From: Balanoglossus misakiensis
Taxonomy: Eukaryota > Animalia > Hemichordata
Assembly (NCBI GenBank): GCA_040954595.2
Contig: CM082587.2
Location: forward strand, 10,111,403-10,175,402
DNA: 64,000 nucleotides
Direction: 5' to 3'
The translations under genes were made by a program, and so were the position numbers. Positions within the stretch are counted from its first letter, which is position 1. Each line of letters opens with the position of its first letter. The notes under the pieces were generated by a model that did no database searches, was not told the origin of the DNA, and saw only the letters and a list, made by a program, of their open reading frames with translations. This document shows positions 24,693-38,393 of the stretch, one piece after another.

Positions 24693-25636
24693 GAATTTTT
24701 CCTGTTTCTTAACTTTTGCATTAAACAGTCTTCCTTTTTGTCGTCGTAAACGTCCATTTTTAATTATATTTTTTTTCTCCAAATTCTTTAATTCCATGAT
24801 CATATATTTTTGTTGAACATAACTTCATAAACCGTTCTCTCCTGTATAACTCTAAGCTATAGGCGCTCGATGGACAACATACAAATTACCAGGTCGGGCT
24901 CGGAGTGAGTAGTGTCCAGCTTACGTGAGTTCATAGTCGCAGAAACTCCAGCGGCTTTCAATTTTTGGTTTTTAAGTCCAATTTGGTGTATGATGTTAAT
25001 ATACCATTGGGACCTTATGGGGTCGGTTACATCTGTATGTCATAAACGTCATTTTTTAAAAAAACAATTCATCTTTCAAGTGTTTTGCATAACATGCCAA
25101 GACAAACCCGTTCCCTCCAATATAAGATAGGGACGGTAATTAATTGCAATAGGGGCCTAATAAACAGAGGATGGTCTAAAAGATATCGTTGGTGGTGCTA
25201 TCCCGGACAGCCAGGGTCACGATGGGGTCACGTACGTCTATGATACCGCAAACAAGTCAACTCCACGCTAAATTCAACCTGTCCGCCGGACTGGTAACTT
25301 TTTTACTATCAGTCTGATGGAAAAACAACCAGTCTCGGACTGTCGGACAGGCGTTATTTCGAATAGTGTGTCTTGCATAACATACCAATATAGGCCTTAG
25401 ATAGGGACGGTAGATCGGCCACACAAATTATCAGGTCATTATTTCTCCACTTTAATATGGTCACTTTTTGTAGGATATAACAAGACAAAACCGCTCTCTC
25501 CCATATAAATTATAAGATCGGGTCGGTCAATCAGCTGGCCACGCACACAATTATCGTGCCGCGTGCTCTGTGTGTACGCCTATGTGTTAGTGAAGCTTCC
25601 GTTTGCTTAATAATCGTAGAAATTCAAGCAGTGTTT

Positions 25637-25754
25637 GCCTACGGCCATACCACGTCGAATACACCGGTTCTCGTCCGATCACCGAAGTTAATGCGTTGGG
25701 TGTGGTTAGTACTAGGATGGGTGACCGCCTGGGAATACCACGTGCCGTAGGCTT
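25637..25754 (+). pseudogene. 5S rRNA variant, probable pseudogene (copy 4)
   Basis: 2-nt deletion (G56, C57) in box A, plus C67T and T80A. Confidence 0.8.
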
Positions 25755-26698
25755 GAATTTTTCCTTTTTCTTAACTTTTGCATTAAACAGTCTTCCTTTT
25801 TGTCGTCGTAAACGTCCATTTTTAATTATATTTTTTTTCTCCAAATTCTTTAATTCCATGATCATATATTTTTGTTGAACATAACTTCATAAACCGTTCT
25901 CTCCTGTATAACTCTAAGCTATAGGCGCTCGATGGACAACATACAAATTACCAGGTCGGGCTCGGAGTGAGTAGTGTCCAGCTTACGTGAGTTCATAGTC
26001 GCAGAAACTCCAGCGGCTTTCAATTTTTGGTTTTTAAGTCCAATTTGGTGTATGATGTTAATATACCATTGGGACCTTATGGGGTCGGTTACATCTGTAT
26101 GTCATAAACGTCATTTTTATAGAAAAAAATTCATCTTTCAAGTGTTTTGCAGAACATGCCAAGACAAACCCGTTCCCTCCAATATAAGATAGGGACGGTA
26201 ATTAATTGCAATAGGGGCCTAATAAACAGAGGATGGTCTAAAAGATATCGTTGGTGGTGCTATCCCGGACAGCCAGGGTCACGATGGGGTCACGTACGTC
26301 TATGATACCGCAAACAAGTCAACTCCACGCTAAATTCAACCTGTCCGCCGGACTGGTAACTTTTTTACTATCAGTCTGATGGAAAAACAACCAGTCTCGG
26401 ACTGTCGGACAGGCGTTATTTCGAATAGTGTGTCTTGCATAACATACCAATATAGGCCTTAGATAGGGACGGTCGATCGGCCACACAAATTATCAGGTCA
26501 TTATTTCTCCACTTTAATATGGTCACTTTTTGTAGGATATAACAAGACAAAACCGCTCTCTCCCATATAAATTATAAGATCGGGTCGGTCAATCAGCTGG
26601 CCACGCACACAATTATCGTGCCGCGTGCTCTGTGTGTACGCCTATGTGTTAGTGAAGCTTCCGTTTGCTTAATAATCGTAGAAATTCAAGCAGTGTTT

Positions 26699-26818
26699 GC
26701 CTACGGCCATACCACGTCGAATACACCGGTTCTCGTCCGATCACCGAAGTTAAGCTGCGTTGGGCGTGGTTAGTACTTGGATGGGTGACCGCCTGGGAAT
26801 ACCACGTGCCGTAGGCTT
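26699..26818 (+). rRNA. 5S rRNA (copy 5)
   Basis: Matches array consensus. Confidence 0.97.
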
Positions 26819-27754
26819 GAATTTTTCCTGTTTCTTAACTTTTGCATTAAACAGTCTTCCTTTTTGTCGTCGTAAACGTCCATTTTTAATTATATTTTTT
26901 TTCTCCAAATTCTTTAATTCCATGATCATATATTTTTGTTGAACATAACTTCATAAACCGTTCTCTCCTGTATAACTCTAAGCTATAGGCGCTCGATGGA
27001 CAACATACAAATTACCAGGTCGGGCTCGGAGTGAGTAGTGTCCAGCTTACGTGAGTTCATAGTCGCAGAAACTCCAGCGGCTTTCAATTTTTGGTTTTTA
27101 AGTCCAATTTGGTGTATGATGTAAATATATATCATTGGGACCTTATGGGGTCGGTTACATCTGTATGTCATAAACGTCATTTTTTAAAAAAAAATTCATC
27201 TTTCAAGTGTTTTGCATAACATGCCAAGACAAACCCGTTCCCTCCAATATAAGATAGGGACGGTAATTAATTGCAATAGGGGCCTAATAAACAGAGGATG
27301 GTCTAAAAGATATCGTTGGTGGTGCTATCCCGGACAGCCAGGGTCACGATGGGGTCACGTACGTCTATGATACCGCAAACAAGTCAACTCCGCGCTAAAT
27401 TCAACCTGTCCGCCGGACTGGTAACTTTTTTACTATCAGTCTGATGGAAAAACAACCAGTCTCGGACTGTCGGACAGGCGTTATTTCGAATAGTGTGTCT
27501 TGCATAACATACCAATATAGGCCTTAGATAGGGACGGTCGATCGGCCACACAAATTATCAGGTCATTATTTCTCCACTTTAATATGGTCACTTTTTGTAG
27601 GATATAACAAGACAAAACCGCTCTCTCCCATATAAATTATATGGTCAATCAGCTGGCCACGCACACAATTATCGTGCCGCGTGCTCTGTGTGTACGCCTA
27701 TGTGTTAGTGAAGCTTCCGTTTGCTTAATAATCGTAGAAATTCAAGCAGTGTTT

Positions 27755-27874
27755 GCCTACGGCCATACCACGTCGAATACACCGGTTCTCGTCCGATCAC
27801 CGAAGTTAAGCTGCGTTGGGCGTGGTTAGTACTTGGATGGGTGACCGCCTGGGAATACCACGTGCCGTAGGCTT
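27755..27874 (+). rRNA. 5S rRNA (copy 6)
   Basis: Matches array consensus. Confidence 0.97.
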
Positions 27875-28788
27875 GAATTTTTCCTGTTTCTTAACTTTTG
27901 CATTAAACAGTCTTCCTTTTTGTCGTCGTAAACGTCCATTTTTAATTATATTTTTTTTCTCCAAATTCTTTAATTCCATGATCATATATTTTTGTTGAAC
28001 ATAACTTCATAAACCGTTCTCTCCTGTATAACTCTAAGCTATAGGCGCTCGATGGACAACATACAAATTACCAGGTCGGGCTCGGAGTGAGTAGTGTCCA
28101 GCTTACGTGAGTTCATAGTCGCAGAAACTCCAGCGGCTTTCAATTTTTGGTTTTTAAGTCCAATTTGGTGTATGATGTTAATATACCATTGGGACCTTAT
28201 GGGGTCGGTTACATCTGTATGTCATAAACGTCATTTTTTTAAAACAAAATTCATCTTTCAAGTGTTTTGCATAACATGCCAAGACAAACCCGTTCCCTCC
28301 AATATAAGATAGGGACGGTAATTAATTGCAATAGGGGCCTAATAAACAGAGGATGGTCTAAAAGATATCGTTGGTGGTGCTATCCCGGACAGCCAGGGTC
28401 ACGATGGGGTCACGTACGTCTATGATACCGCAAACAAGTCAACTCCACGCTAAATTCAACCTGTCCGCCGGACTGGTAACTTTTTTACTATCAGTCTGAT
28501 GGAAAAACAACCAGTCTCGGACTGTCGGACAGGCGTTATTTCGAATAGTGTGTCTTGCATAACATACCAATATAGGCCTTAGATAGGGACGGTCGATCGG
28601 CCACACAAATTATCAGGTCATTATTTCTCCACTTTAATATGGTCACTTTTTGTAGGATATAACAAGACAAAACCGCTCTCTCCCATATAAATTATAAGAT
28701 CGGGTCGGTCAATCAGCTGGCCACGCACACAATTATCGTGCCGCGTGCTCTGTGTGTACGCCTATGTGTTAGTGAAGCTTCCGTTTGC

Positions 28789-28796
28789 TTAATAAT
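28789..28796 (+). promoter_or_regulatory. TATA-like element at -30 to -23 of 5S (example; present in each unit)
   Basis: TTAATAAT at the position where upstream TATA-like elements of animal 5S genes usually lie. Confidence 0.55.
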
Positions 28797-28818
28797 CGTA
28801 GAAATTCAAGCAGTGTTT

Positions 28819-28938
28819 GCCTACGGCCATACCACGTCGAATACACCGGTTCTCGTCCGATCACCGAAGTTAAGCTGCGTTGGGCGTGGTTAGTACTTGG
28901 ATGGGTGACCGCCTGGGAATACCACGTGCCGTAGGCTT
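28819..28938 (+). rRNA. 5S rRNA (copy 7)
   Basis: Matches array consensus. Confidence 0.97.
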
Positions 28939-28941
28939 GAA

Positions 28942-28946
28942 TTTTT
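28942..28946 (+). terminator. Pol III T5 terminator (example; present in each unit)
   Basis: GGCTT-GAA-TTTTT; further T4-T8 runs follow in the spacer. Confidence 0.75.
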
Positions 28947-29882
28947 CCTGTTTCTTAACTTTTGCATTAAACAGTCTTCCTTTTTGTCGTCGTAAACGTC
29001 CATTTTTAATTATATTTTTTTTCTCCAAATTCTTTAATTCCATGATCATATATTTTTGTTGAACATAACTTCATAAACCGTTCTCTCCTGTATAACTCTA
29101 AGCTATAGGCGCTCGATGGACAACATACAAATTACCAGGTCGGGCTCGGAGTGAGTAGTGTCCAGCTTACGTGAGTTCATAGTCGCAGAAACTCCAGCGG
29201 CTTTCAATTTTTGGTTTTTAAGTCCAATTTGGTGTATGATGTTAATATACCATTGGGACCTTATGGGGTCGGTTACATCTGTATGTCATAAACGTCATTT
29301 TTTTTTTAAAAAATTCATCTTTCAAGTGTTTTGCATAACATGCCAAGACAAACCCGTTCCCTCCAATATAAGATAGGGACGGTAATTAATTGCAATAGGG
29401 GCCTAATAAACAGAGGATGGTCTAAAAGATATCGTTGGTGGTGCTATCCCGGACAGCCAGGGTCACGATGGGGTCACGTACGTCTATGATACCGCAAACA
29501 AGTCAACTCCACGCTAAATTCAACCTGTCCGCCGGACTGGTAACTTTTTTACTATCAGTCTGATGGAAAAACAACCAGTCTCGGACTGTCGGACAGGCGT
29601 TATTTCGAATAGTGTGTCTTGCATAACATACCAATATAGGCCTTAGATAGGGACGGTCGATCGGCCACACAAATTATCAGGTCATTATTTCTCCACTTTA
29701 ATATGGTCACTTTTTGTAGGATATAACAAGACAAAACCGCTCTCTCCCATATAAATTATAAGATCGGGTCGGTCAATCAGCTGGCCACGCACACAATTAT
29801 CGTGCCGCGTGCTCTGTGTGTACGCCTATGTGTTAGTGAAGCTTCCGTTTGCTTAATAATCGTAGAAATTCAAGCAGTGTTT

Positions 29883-30002
29883 GCCTACGGCCATACCACG
29901 TCGAATACACCGGTTCTCGTCCGATCACCGAAGTTAAGCTGCGTTGGGCGTGGTTAGTACTTGGATGGGTGACCGCCTGGGAATACCACGTGCCGTAGGC
30001 TT
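29883..30002 (+). rRNA. 5S rRNA (copy 8)
   Basis: Matches array consensus. Confidence 0.97.
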
Positions 30003-30946
30003 GAATTTTTCCTGTTTCTTAACTTTTGCATTAAACAGTCTTCCTTTTTGTCGTCGTAAACGTCCATTTTTAATTATATTTTTTTTCTCCAAATTCTTTA
30101 ATTCCATGATCATATATTTTTGTTGAACATAACTTCATAAACCGTTCTCTCCTGTATAACTCTAAGCTATAGGCGCTCGATGGACAACATACAAATTACC
30201 AGGTCGGGCTCGGAGTGAGTAGTGTCCAGCTTACGTGAGTTCATAGTCGCAGAAACTCCAGCGGCTTTCAATTTTTGGTTTTTAAGTCCAATTTGGTGTA
30301 TGATGTTAATATACCATTGGGACCTTATGGGGTCGGTTACATCTGTATGTCATAAACGTCATTTTTTTTAAAAACAATTCATCTTTCAAGTGTTTTGCAT
30401 AACATGCCAAGACAAACCCGTTCCCTCCAATATAAGATAGGGACGGTAATTAATTGCAATAGGGGCCTAATAAACAGAGGATGGTCTAAAAGATATCGTT
30501 GGTGGTGCTATCCCGGACAGCCAGGGTCACGATGGGGTCACGTACGTCTATGATACCGCAAACAAGTCAACTCCACGCTAAATTCAACCTGTCCGCCGGA
30601 CTGGTAACTTTTTTACTATCAGTCTGATGGAAAAACAACCAGTCTCGGACTGTCGGACAGGCGTTATTTCGAATAGTGTGTCTTGCATAACATACCAATA
30701 TAGGCCTTAGATAGGGACGGTCGATCGGCCACACAAATTATCAGGTCATTATTTCTCCACTTTAATATGGTCACGTTTTGTAGGATATAACAAGACAAAA
30801 CCGCTCTCTCCCATATAAATTATAAGATCGGGTCGGTCAATCAGCTGGCCACGCACACAATTATCGTGCCGCGTGCTCTGTGTGTACGCCTATGTGTTAG
30901 TGAAGCTTCCGTTTGCTTAATAATCGTAGAAATTCAAGCAGTGTTT

Positions 30947-31066
30947 GCCTACGGCCATACCACGTCGAATACACCGGTTCTCGTCCGATCACCGAAGTTA
31001 AGCTGCGTTGGGCGTGGTTAGTACTTGGATGGGTGACCGCCTGAGAATACCACGTGCCGTAGGCTT
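30947..31066 (+). rRNA. 5S rRNA (copy 9, G98A)
   Basis: Consensus except CCTGAGAAT. Confidence 0.93.
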
Positions 31067-32010
31067 GAATTTTTCCTGTTTCTTAACTTTTGCATTAAAC
31101 AGTCTTCCTTTTTGTCGTCGTAAACGTCCATTTTTAATTATATTTTTTTTCTCCAAATTCTTTAATTCCATGATCATATATTTTTGTTGAACATAACTTC
31201 ATAAACCGTTCTCTCCTGTATAACTCTAAGCTATAGGCGCTCGATGGACAACATACAAATTACCAGGTCGGGCTCGGAGTGAGTAGTGTCCAGCTTACGT
31301 GAGTTCATAGTCGCAGAAACTCCAGCGGCTTTCAATTTTTGGTTTTTAAGTCCAATTTGGTGTATGATGTTAATATACCATTGGGACCTTATGGGGTCGG
31401 TTACATCTGTATGTCATAAACGTCATTTTTTTTAAAAACAATTCATCTTTCAAGTGTTTTGCATAACATGCCAAGACAAACCCGTTCCCTCCAATATAAG
31501 ATAGGGACGGTAATTAATTGCAATAGGGGCCTAATAAACAGAGGATGGTCTAAAAGATATCGTTGGTGGTGCTATCCCGGACAGCCAGGGTCACGATGGG
31601 GTCACGTACGTCTATGATACCGCAAACAAGTCAACTCCACGCTAAATTCAACCTGTCCGCCGGACTGGTAACTTTTTTACTATCAGTCTGATGGAAAAAC
31701 AACCAGTCTCGGACTGTCGGACAGGCGTTATTTCGAATAGTGTGTCTTGCATAACATACCAATATAGGCCTTAGATAGGGACGGTCGATCGGCCACACAA
31801 ATTATCAGGTCATTATTTCTCCACTTTAATATGGTCACTTTTTGTAGGATATAACAAGACAAAACCGCTCTCTCCCATATAAATTATAAGATCGGGTCGG
31901 TCAATCAGCTGGCCACGCACACAATTATCGTGCCGCGTGCTCTGTGTGTACGCCTATGTGTTAGTGAAGCTTCCGTTTGCTTAATAATCGTAGAAATTCA
32001 AGCAGTGTTT

Positions 32011-32130
32011 GCCTACGGCCATACCACGTCGAATACACCGGTTCTCGTCCGATCACCGAAGTTAAGCTGCGTTGGGCGTGGTTAGTACTTGGATGGGTGA
32101 CCGCCTGGGAATACCACGTGCCGTAGGCTT
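32011..32130 (+). rRNA. 5S rRNA (copy 10)
   Basis: Matches array consensus. Confidence 0.97.
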
Positions 32131-33074
32131 GAATTTTTCCTGTTTCTTAACTTTTGCATTAAACAGTCTTCCTTTTTGTCGTCGTAAACGTCCATTTTTA
32201 ATTATATTTTTTTTCTCCAAATTCTTTAATTCCATGATCATATATTTTTGTTGAACATAACTTCATAAACCGTTCTCTCCTGTATAACTCTAAGCTATAG
32301 GCGCTCGATGGACAACATACAAATTACCAGGTCGGGCTCGGAGTGAGTAGTGTCCAGCTTACGTGAGTTCATAGTCGCAGAAACTCCAGCGGCTTTCAAT
32401 TTTTGGTTTTTAAGTCCAATTTGGTGTATGATGTTAATATACCATTGGGACCTTATGGGGTCGGTTACATCTGTATGTCATAAACGTCATTTTTTAAAAA
32501 AACAATTCATCTTTCAAGTGTTTTGCATAACATGCCAAGACAAACCCGTTCCCTCCAATATAAGATAGGGACGGTAATTAATTGCAATAGGGGCCTAATA
32601 AACAGAGGATGGTCTAAAAGATATCGTTGGTGGTGCTATCCCGGACAGCCAGGGTCACGATGGGGTCACGTACGTCTATGATACCGCAAACAAGTCAACT
32701 CCACGCTAAATTCAACCTGTCCGCCGGACTGGTAACTTTTTTACTATCAGTCTGATGGAAAAACAACCAGTCTCGGACTGTCGGACAGGCGTTATTTCGA
32801 ATAGTGTGTCTTGCATAACATACCAATATAGGCCTTAGATAGGGACGGTCGATCGGCCACACAAATTATCAGGTCATTATTTCTCCACTTTAATATGGTC
32901 ACTTTTTGTAGGATATAACAAGACAAAACCGCTCTCTCCCATATAAATTATAAGATCGGGTCGGTCAATCAGCTGGCCACGCACACAATTATCGTGCCGC
33001 GTGCTCTGTGTGTACGCCTATGTGTTAGTGAAGCTTCCGTTTGCTTAATAATCGTAGAAATTCAAGCAGTGTTT

Positions 33075-33194
33075 GCCTACGGCCATACCACGTCGAATAC
33101 ACCGGTTCTCGTCCGATCACCGAAGTTAAGCTGCGTTGGGCGTGGTTAGTACTTGGATGGGTGACCGCCTGGGAATACCACGTGCCGTAGGCTT
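33075..33194 (+). rRNA. 5S rRNA (copy 11)
   Basis: Matches array consensus. Confidence 0.97.
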
Positions 33195-34138
33195 GAATTT
33201 TTCCTGTTTCTTAACTTTTGCATTAAACAGTCTTCCTTTTTGTCGTCGTAAACGTCCATTTTTAATTATATTTTTTTTCTCCAAATTCTTTAATTCCATG
33301 ATCATATATTTTTGTTGAACATAACTTCATAAACCGTTCTCTCCTGTATAACTCTAAGCTATAGGCGCTCGATGGACAACATACAAATTACCAGGTCGGG
33401 CTCGGAGTGAGTAGTGTCCAGCTTACGTGAGTTCATAGTCGCAGAAACTCCAGCGGCTTTCAATTTTTGGTTTTTAAGTCCAATTTGGTGTATGATGTTA
33501 ATATACCATTGGGACCTTATGGGGTCGGTTACATCTGTATGTCATAAACGTCATTTTTTTTAAAAACAATTCATCTTTCAAGTGTTTTGCATAACATGCC
33601 AAGACAAACCCGTTCCCTCCAATATAAGATAGGGACGGTAATTAATTGCAATAGGGGCCTAATAAACAGAGGATGGTCTAAAAGATATCGTTGGTGGTGC
33701 TATCCCGGACAGCCAGGGTCACGATGGGGTCACGTACGTCTATGATACCGCAAACAAGTCAACTCCACGCTAAATTCAACCTGTCCGCCGGACTGGTAAC
33801 TTTTTTACTATCAGTCTGATGGAAAAACAACCAGTCTCGGACTGTCGGACAGGCGTTATTTCGAATAGTGTGTCTTGCATAACATACCAATATAGGCCTT
33901 AGATAGGGACGGTCGATCGGCCACACAAATTATCAGGTCATTATTTCTCCACTTTAATATGGTCACTTTTTGTAGGATATAACAAGACAAAACCGCTCTC
34001 TCCCATATAAATTATAAGATCGGGTCGGTCAATCAGCTGGCCACGCACACAATTATCGTGCCGCGTGCTCTGTGTGTACGCCTATGTGTTAGTGAAGCTT
34101 CCGTTTGCTTAATAATCGTAGAAATTCAAGCAGTGTTT

Positions 34139-34258
34139 GCCTACGGCCATACCACGTCGAATACACCGGTTCTCGTCCGATCACCGAAGTTAAGCTGCGT
34201 TGGGCGTGGTTAGTACTTGGATGGGTGACCGCCTGGGAATACCACGTGCCGTAGGCTT
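34139..34258 (+). rRNA. 5S rRNA (copy 12)
   Basis: Matches array consensus. Confidence 0.97.
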
Positions 34259-35202
34259 GAATTTTTCCTGTTTCTTAACTTTTGCATTAAACAGTCTTCC
34301 TTTTTGTCGTCGTAAACGTCCATTTTTAATTATATTTTTTTTCTCCAAATTCTTTAATTCCATGATCATATATTTTTGTTGAACATAACTTCATAAACCG
34401 TTCTCTCCTGTATAACTCTAAGCTATAGGCGCTCGATGGACAACATACAAATTACCAGGTCGGGCTCGGAGTGAGTAGTGTCCAGCTTACGTGAGTTCAT
34501 AGTCGCAGAAACTCCAGCGGCTTTCAATTTTTGGTTTTTAAGTCCAATTTGGTGTATGATGTTAATATACCATTGGGACCTTATGGGGTCGGTTACATCT
34601 GTATGTCATAAACGTCATTTTTTTTAAAAACAATTCATCTTTCAAGTGTTTTGCATAACATGCCAAGACAAACCCGTTCCCTCCAATATAAGATAGGGAC
34701 GGTAATTAATTGCAATAGGGGCCTAATAAACAGAGGATGGTCTAAAAGATATCGTTGGTGGTGCTATCCCGGACAGCCAGGGTCACGATGGGGTCACGTA
34801 CGTCTATGATACCGCAAACAAGTCAACTCCACGCTAAATTCAACCTGTCCGCCGGACTGGTAACTTTTTTACTATCAGTCTGATGGAAAAACAACCAGTC
34901 TCGGACTGTCGGACAGGCGTTATTTCGAATAGTGTGTCTTGCATAACATACCAATATAGGCCTTAGATAGGGACGGTCGATCGGCCACACAAATTATCAG
35001 GTCATTATTTCTCCACTTTAATATGGTCACGTTTTGTAGGATATAACAAGACAAAACCGCTCTCTCCCATATAAATTATAAGATCGGGTCGGTCAATCAG
35101 CTGGCCACGCACACAATTATCGTGCCGCGTGCTCTGTGTGTACGCCTATGTGTTAGTGAAGCTTCCGTTTGCTTAATAATCGTAGAAATTCAAGCAGTGT
35201 TT

Positions 35203-35322
35203 GCCTACGGCCATACCACGTCGAATACACCGGTTCTCGTCCGATCACCGAAGTTAAGCTGCGTTGGGCGTGGTTAGTACTTGGATGGGTGACCGCCTGG
35301 GAATACCACGTGCCGTAGGCTT
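35203..35322 (+). rRNA. 5S rRNA (copy 13)
   Basis: Matches array consensus. Confidence 0.97.
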
Positions 35323-36266
35323 GAATTTTTCCTGTTTCTTAACTTTTGCATTAAACAGTCTTCCTTTTTGTCGTCGTAAACGTCCATTTTTAATTATATT
35401 TTTTTTCTCCAAATTCTTTAATTCCATGATCATATATTTTTGTTGAACATAACTTCATAAACCGTTCTCTCCTGTATAACTCTAAGCTATAGGCGCTCGA
35501 TGGACAACATACAAATTACCAGGTCGGGCTCGGAGTGAGTAGTGTCCAGCTTACGTGAGTTCATAGTCGCAGAAACTCCAGCGGCTTTCAATTTTTGGTT
35601 TTTAAGTCCAATTTGGTGTATGATGTTAATATACCATTGGGACCTTATGGGGTCGGTTACATCTGTATGTCATAAACGTCATTTTTTTTAAAAACAATTC
35701 ATCTTTCAAGTGTTTTGCATAACATGCCAAGACAAACCCGTTCCCTCCAATATAAGATAGGGACGGTAATTAATTGCAATAGGGGCCTAATAAACAGAGG
35801 ATGGTCTAAAAGATATCGTTGGTGGTGCTATCCCGGACAGCCAGGGTCACGATGGGGTCACGTACGTCTATGATACCGCAAACAAGTCAACTCCACGCTA
35901 AATTCAACCTGTCCGCCGGACTGGTAACTTTTTTACTATCAGTCTGATGGAAAAACAACCAGTCTCGGACTGTCGGACAGGCGTTATTTCGAATAGTGTG
36001 TCTTGCATAACATACCAATATAGGCCTTAGATAGGGACGGTCGATCGGCCACACAAATTATCAGGTCATTATTTCTCCACTTTAATATGGTCACTTTTTG
36101 TAGGATATAACAAGACAAAACCGCTCTCTCCCATATAAATTATAAGATCGGGTCGGTCAATCAGCTGGCCACGCACACAATTATCGTGCCGCGTGCTCTG
36201 TGTGTACGCCTATGTGTTAGTGAAGCTTCCGTTTGCTTAATAATCGTAGAAATTCAAGCAGTGTTT

Positions 36267-36386
36267 GCCTACGGCCATACCACGTCGAATACACCGGTTC
36301 TCGTCCGATCACTGAAGTTAAGCTGCGTTGGGCGTGGTTAGTACTTGGATGGGTGACCGCCTGGGAATACCACATGCCGTAGGCTT
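36267..36386 (+). rRNA. 5S rRNA (copy 14, C47T and G108A)
   Basis: Two CpG transitions relative to consensus. Confidence 0.9.
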
Positions 36387-37330
36387 GAATTTTTCCTGTT
36401 TCTTAACTTTTGCATTAAACAGTCTTCCTTTTTGTCGTCGTAAACGTCCATTTTTAATTATATTTTTTTTCTCCAAATTCTTTAATTCCATGATCATATA
36501 TTTTTGTTGAACATAACTTCATAAACCGTTCTCTCCTGTATAACTCTAAGCTATAAGCGCTCGATGGACAACATACAAATTACCAGGTCGGGCTCGGAGT
36601 GAGTAGTGTCCAGCTTACGTGAGTTCATAGTCGCAGAAACTCCAGCGGCTTTCAATTTTTGGTTTTTAAGTCCAATTTGGTGTATGATGTTAATATACCA
36701 TTGGGACCTTATGGGGTCGGTTACATCTGTATGTCATAAACGTCATTTTTTAAAAAAAAAATTCATCTTTCAAGTGTTTTGCATAACATGCCCAGACAAA
36801 CCCGTTCCCTCCAATATAAGATAGGGACGGTAATTAATTGCAATAGGGGCCTAATAAACAGAGGATGGTCTAAAAGATATCGTTGGTGGTGCTATCCCGG
36901 ACAGCCAGGGTCACGATGGGGTCACGTACGTCTATGATACCGCAAACAAGTCAACTCCACGCTAAATTCAACCTGTCCGCCGGACTGGTAACTTTTTTAC
37001 TATCAGTCTGATGGAAAAACAACCAGTCTCGGACTGTCGGACAGGCGTTATTTCGAATAGTGTGTCTTGCATAACATACCAATATAGGCCTTAGATAGGG
37101 ACGGTCGATCGGCCACACAAATTATCAGGTCATTATTTCTCCACTTTAATATGGTCACGTTTTGTAGGATATAACAAGACAAAACCGCTCTCTCCCATAT
37201 AAATTATAAGATCGGGTCGGTCAATCAGCTGGCCACGCACACAATTATCGTGCCGCGTGCTCTGTGTGTACGCCTATGTGTTAGTGAAGCTTCCGTTTGC
37301 TTAATAATCGTAGAAATTCAATCAGTGTTT

Positions 37331-37450
37331 GCCTACGGCCATACCACGTCGAATACACCGGTTCTCGTCCGATCACCGAAGTTAAGCTGCGTTGGGCGTG
37401 GTTAGTACTTGGATGGGTGACCGCCTGGGAATACCACGTGCCGTAGGCTT
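37331..37450 (+). rRNA. 5S rRNA (copy 15)
   Basis: Matches array consensus. Confidence 0.97.
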
Positions 37451-38393
37451 GAATTTTTCCTGTTTCTTAACTTTTGCATTAAACAGTCTTCCTTTTTGTC
37501 GTCGTAAACGTCCATTTTTAATTATATTTTTTTTCTCCAAATTCTTTAATTCCATGATCATATATTTTTGTTGAACATAACTTCATAAACCGTTCTCTCC
37601 TGTATAACTCTAAGCTATAGGCGCTCGATGGACAACATACAAATTACCAGGTCGGGCTCGGAGTGAGTAGTGTCCAGCTTACGTGAGTTCATAGTCGCAG
37701 AAACTCCAGCGGCTTTCAATTTTTGGTTTTTAAGTCCAATTTGGTGTATGATGTTAATATACCATTGGGACCTTATGGGGTCGGTTACATCTGTATGTCA
37801 TAAACGTCATTTTTTAAAAAAAAATTCATCTTTCAAGTGTTTTGCATAACATGCCAAGACAAACCCGTTCCCTCCAATATAAGATAGGGACGGTAATTAA
37901 TTGCAATAGGGGCCTAATAAACAGAGGATGGTCTAAAAGATATCGTTGGTGGTGCTATCCCGGACAGCCAGGGTCACGATGGGGTCACGTACGTCTATGA
38001 TACCGCAAACAAGTCAACTCCGCGCTAAATTCAACCTGTCCGCCGGACTGGTAACTTTTTTACTATCAGTCTGATGGAAAAACAACCAGTCTCGGACTGT
38101 CGGACAGGCGTTATTTCGAATAGTGTGTCTTGCATAACATACCAATATAGGCCTTAGATAGGGACGGTCGATCGGCCACACAAATTATCAGGTCATTATT
38201 TCTCCACTTTAATATGGTCACTTTTTGTAGGATATAACAAGACAAAACCGCTCTCTCCCATATAAATTATAAGATCGGGTCGGTCAATCAGCTGGCCACG
38301 CACACAATTATCGTGCCGCGTGCTCTGTGTGTACGCCTATGTGTTAGTGAAGCTTCCGGTTGCTTAATAATCGTAGAAATTCAAGCAGTGTTT

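Noticed and set aside
29408-29430. ACAGAG in the spacer as a U6 ACAGAGA box
   Set aside because: Flanks do not match U6 or U6atac.
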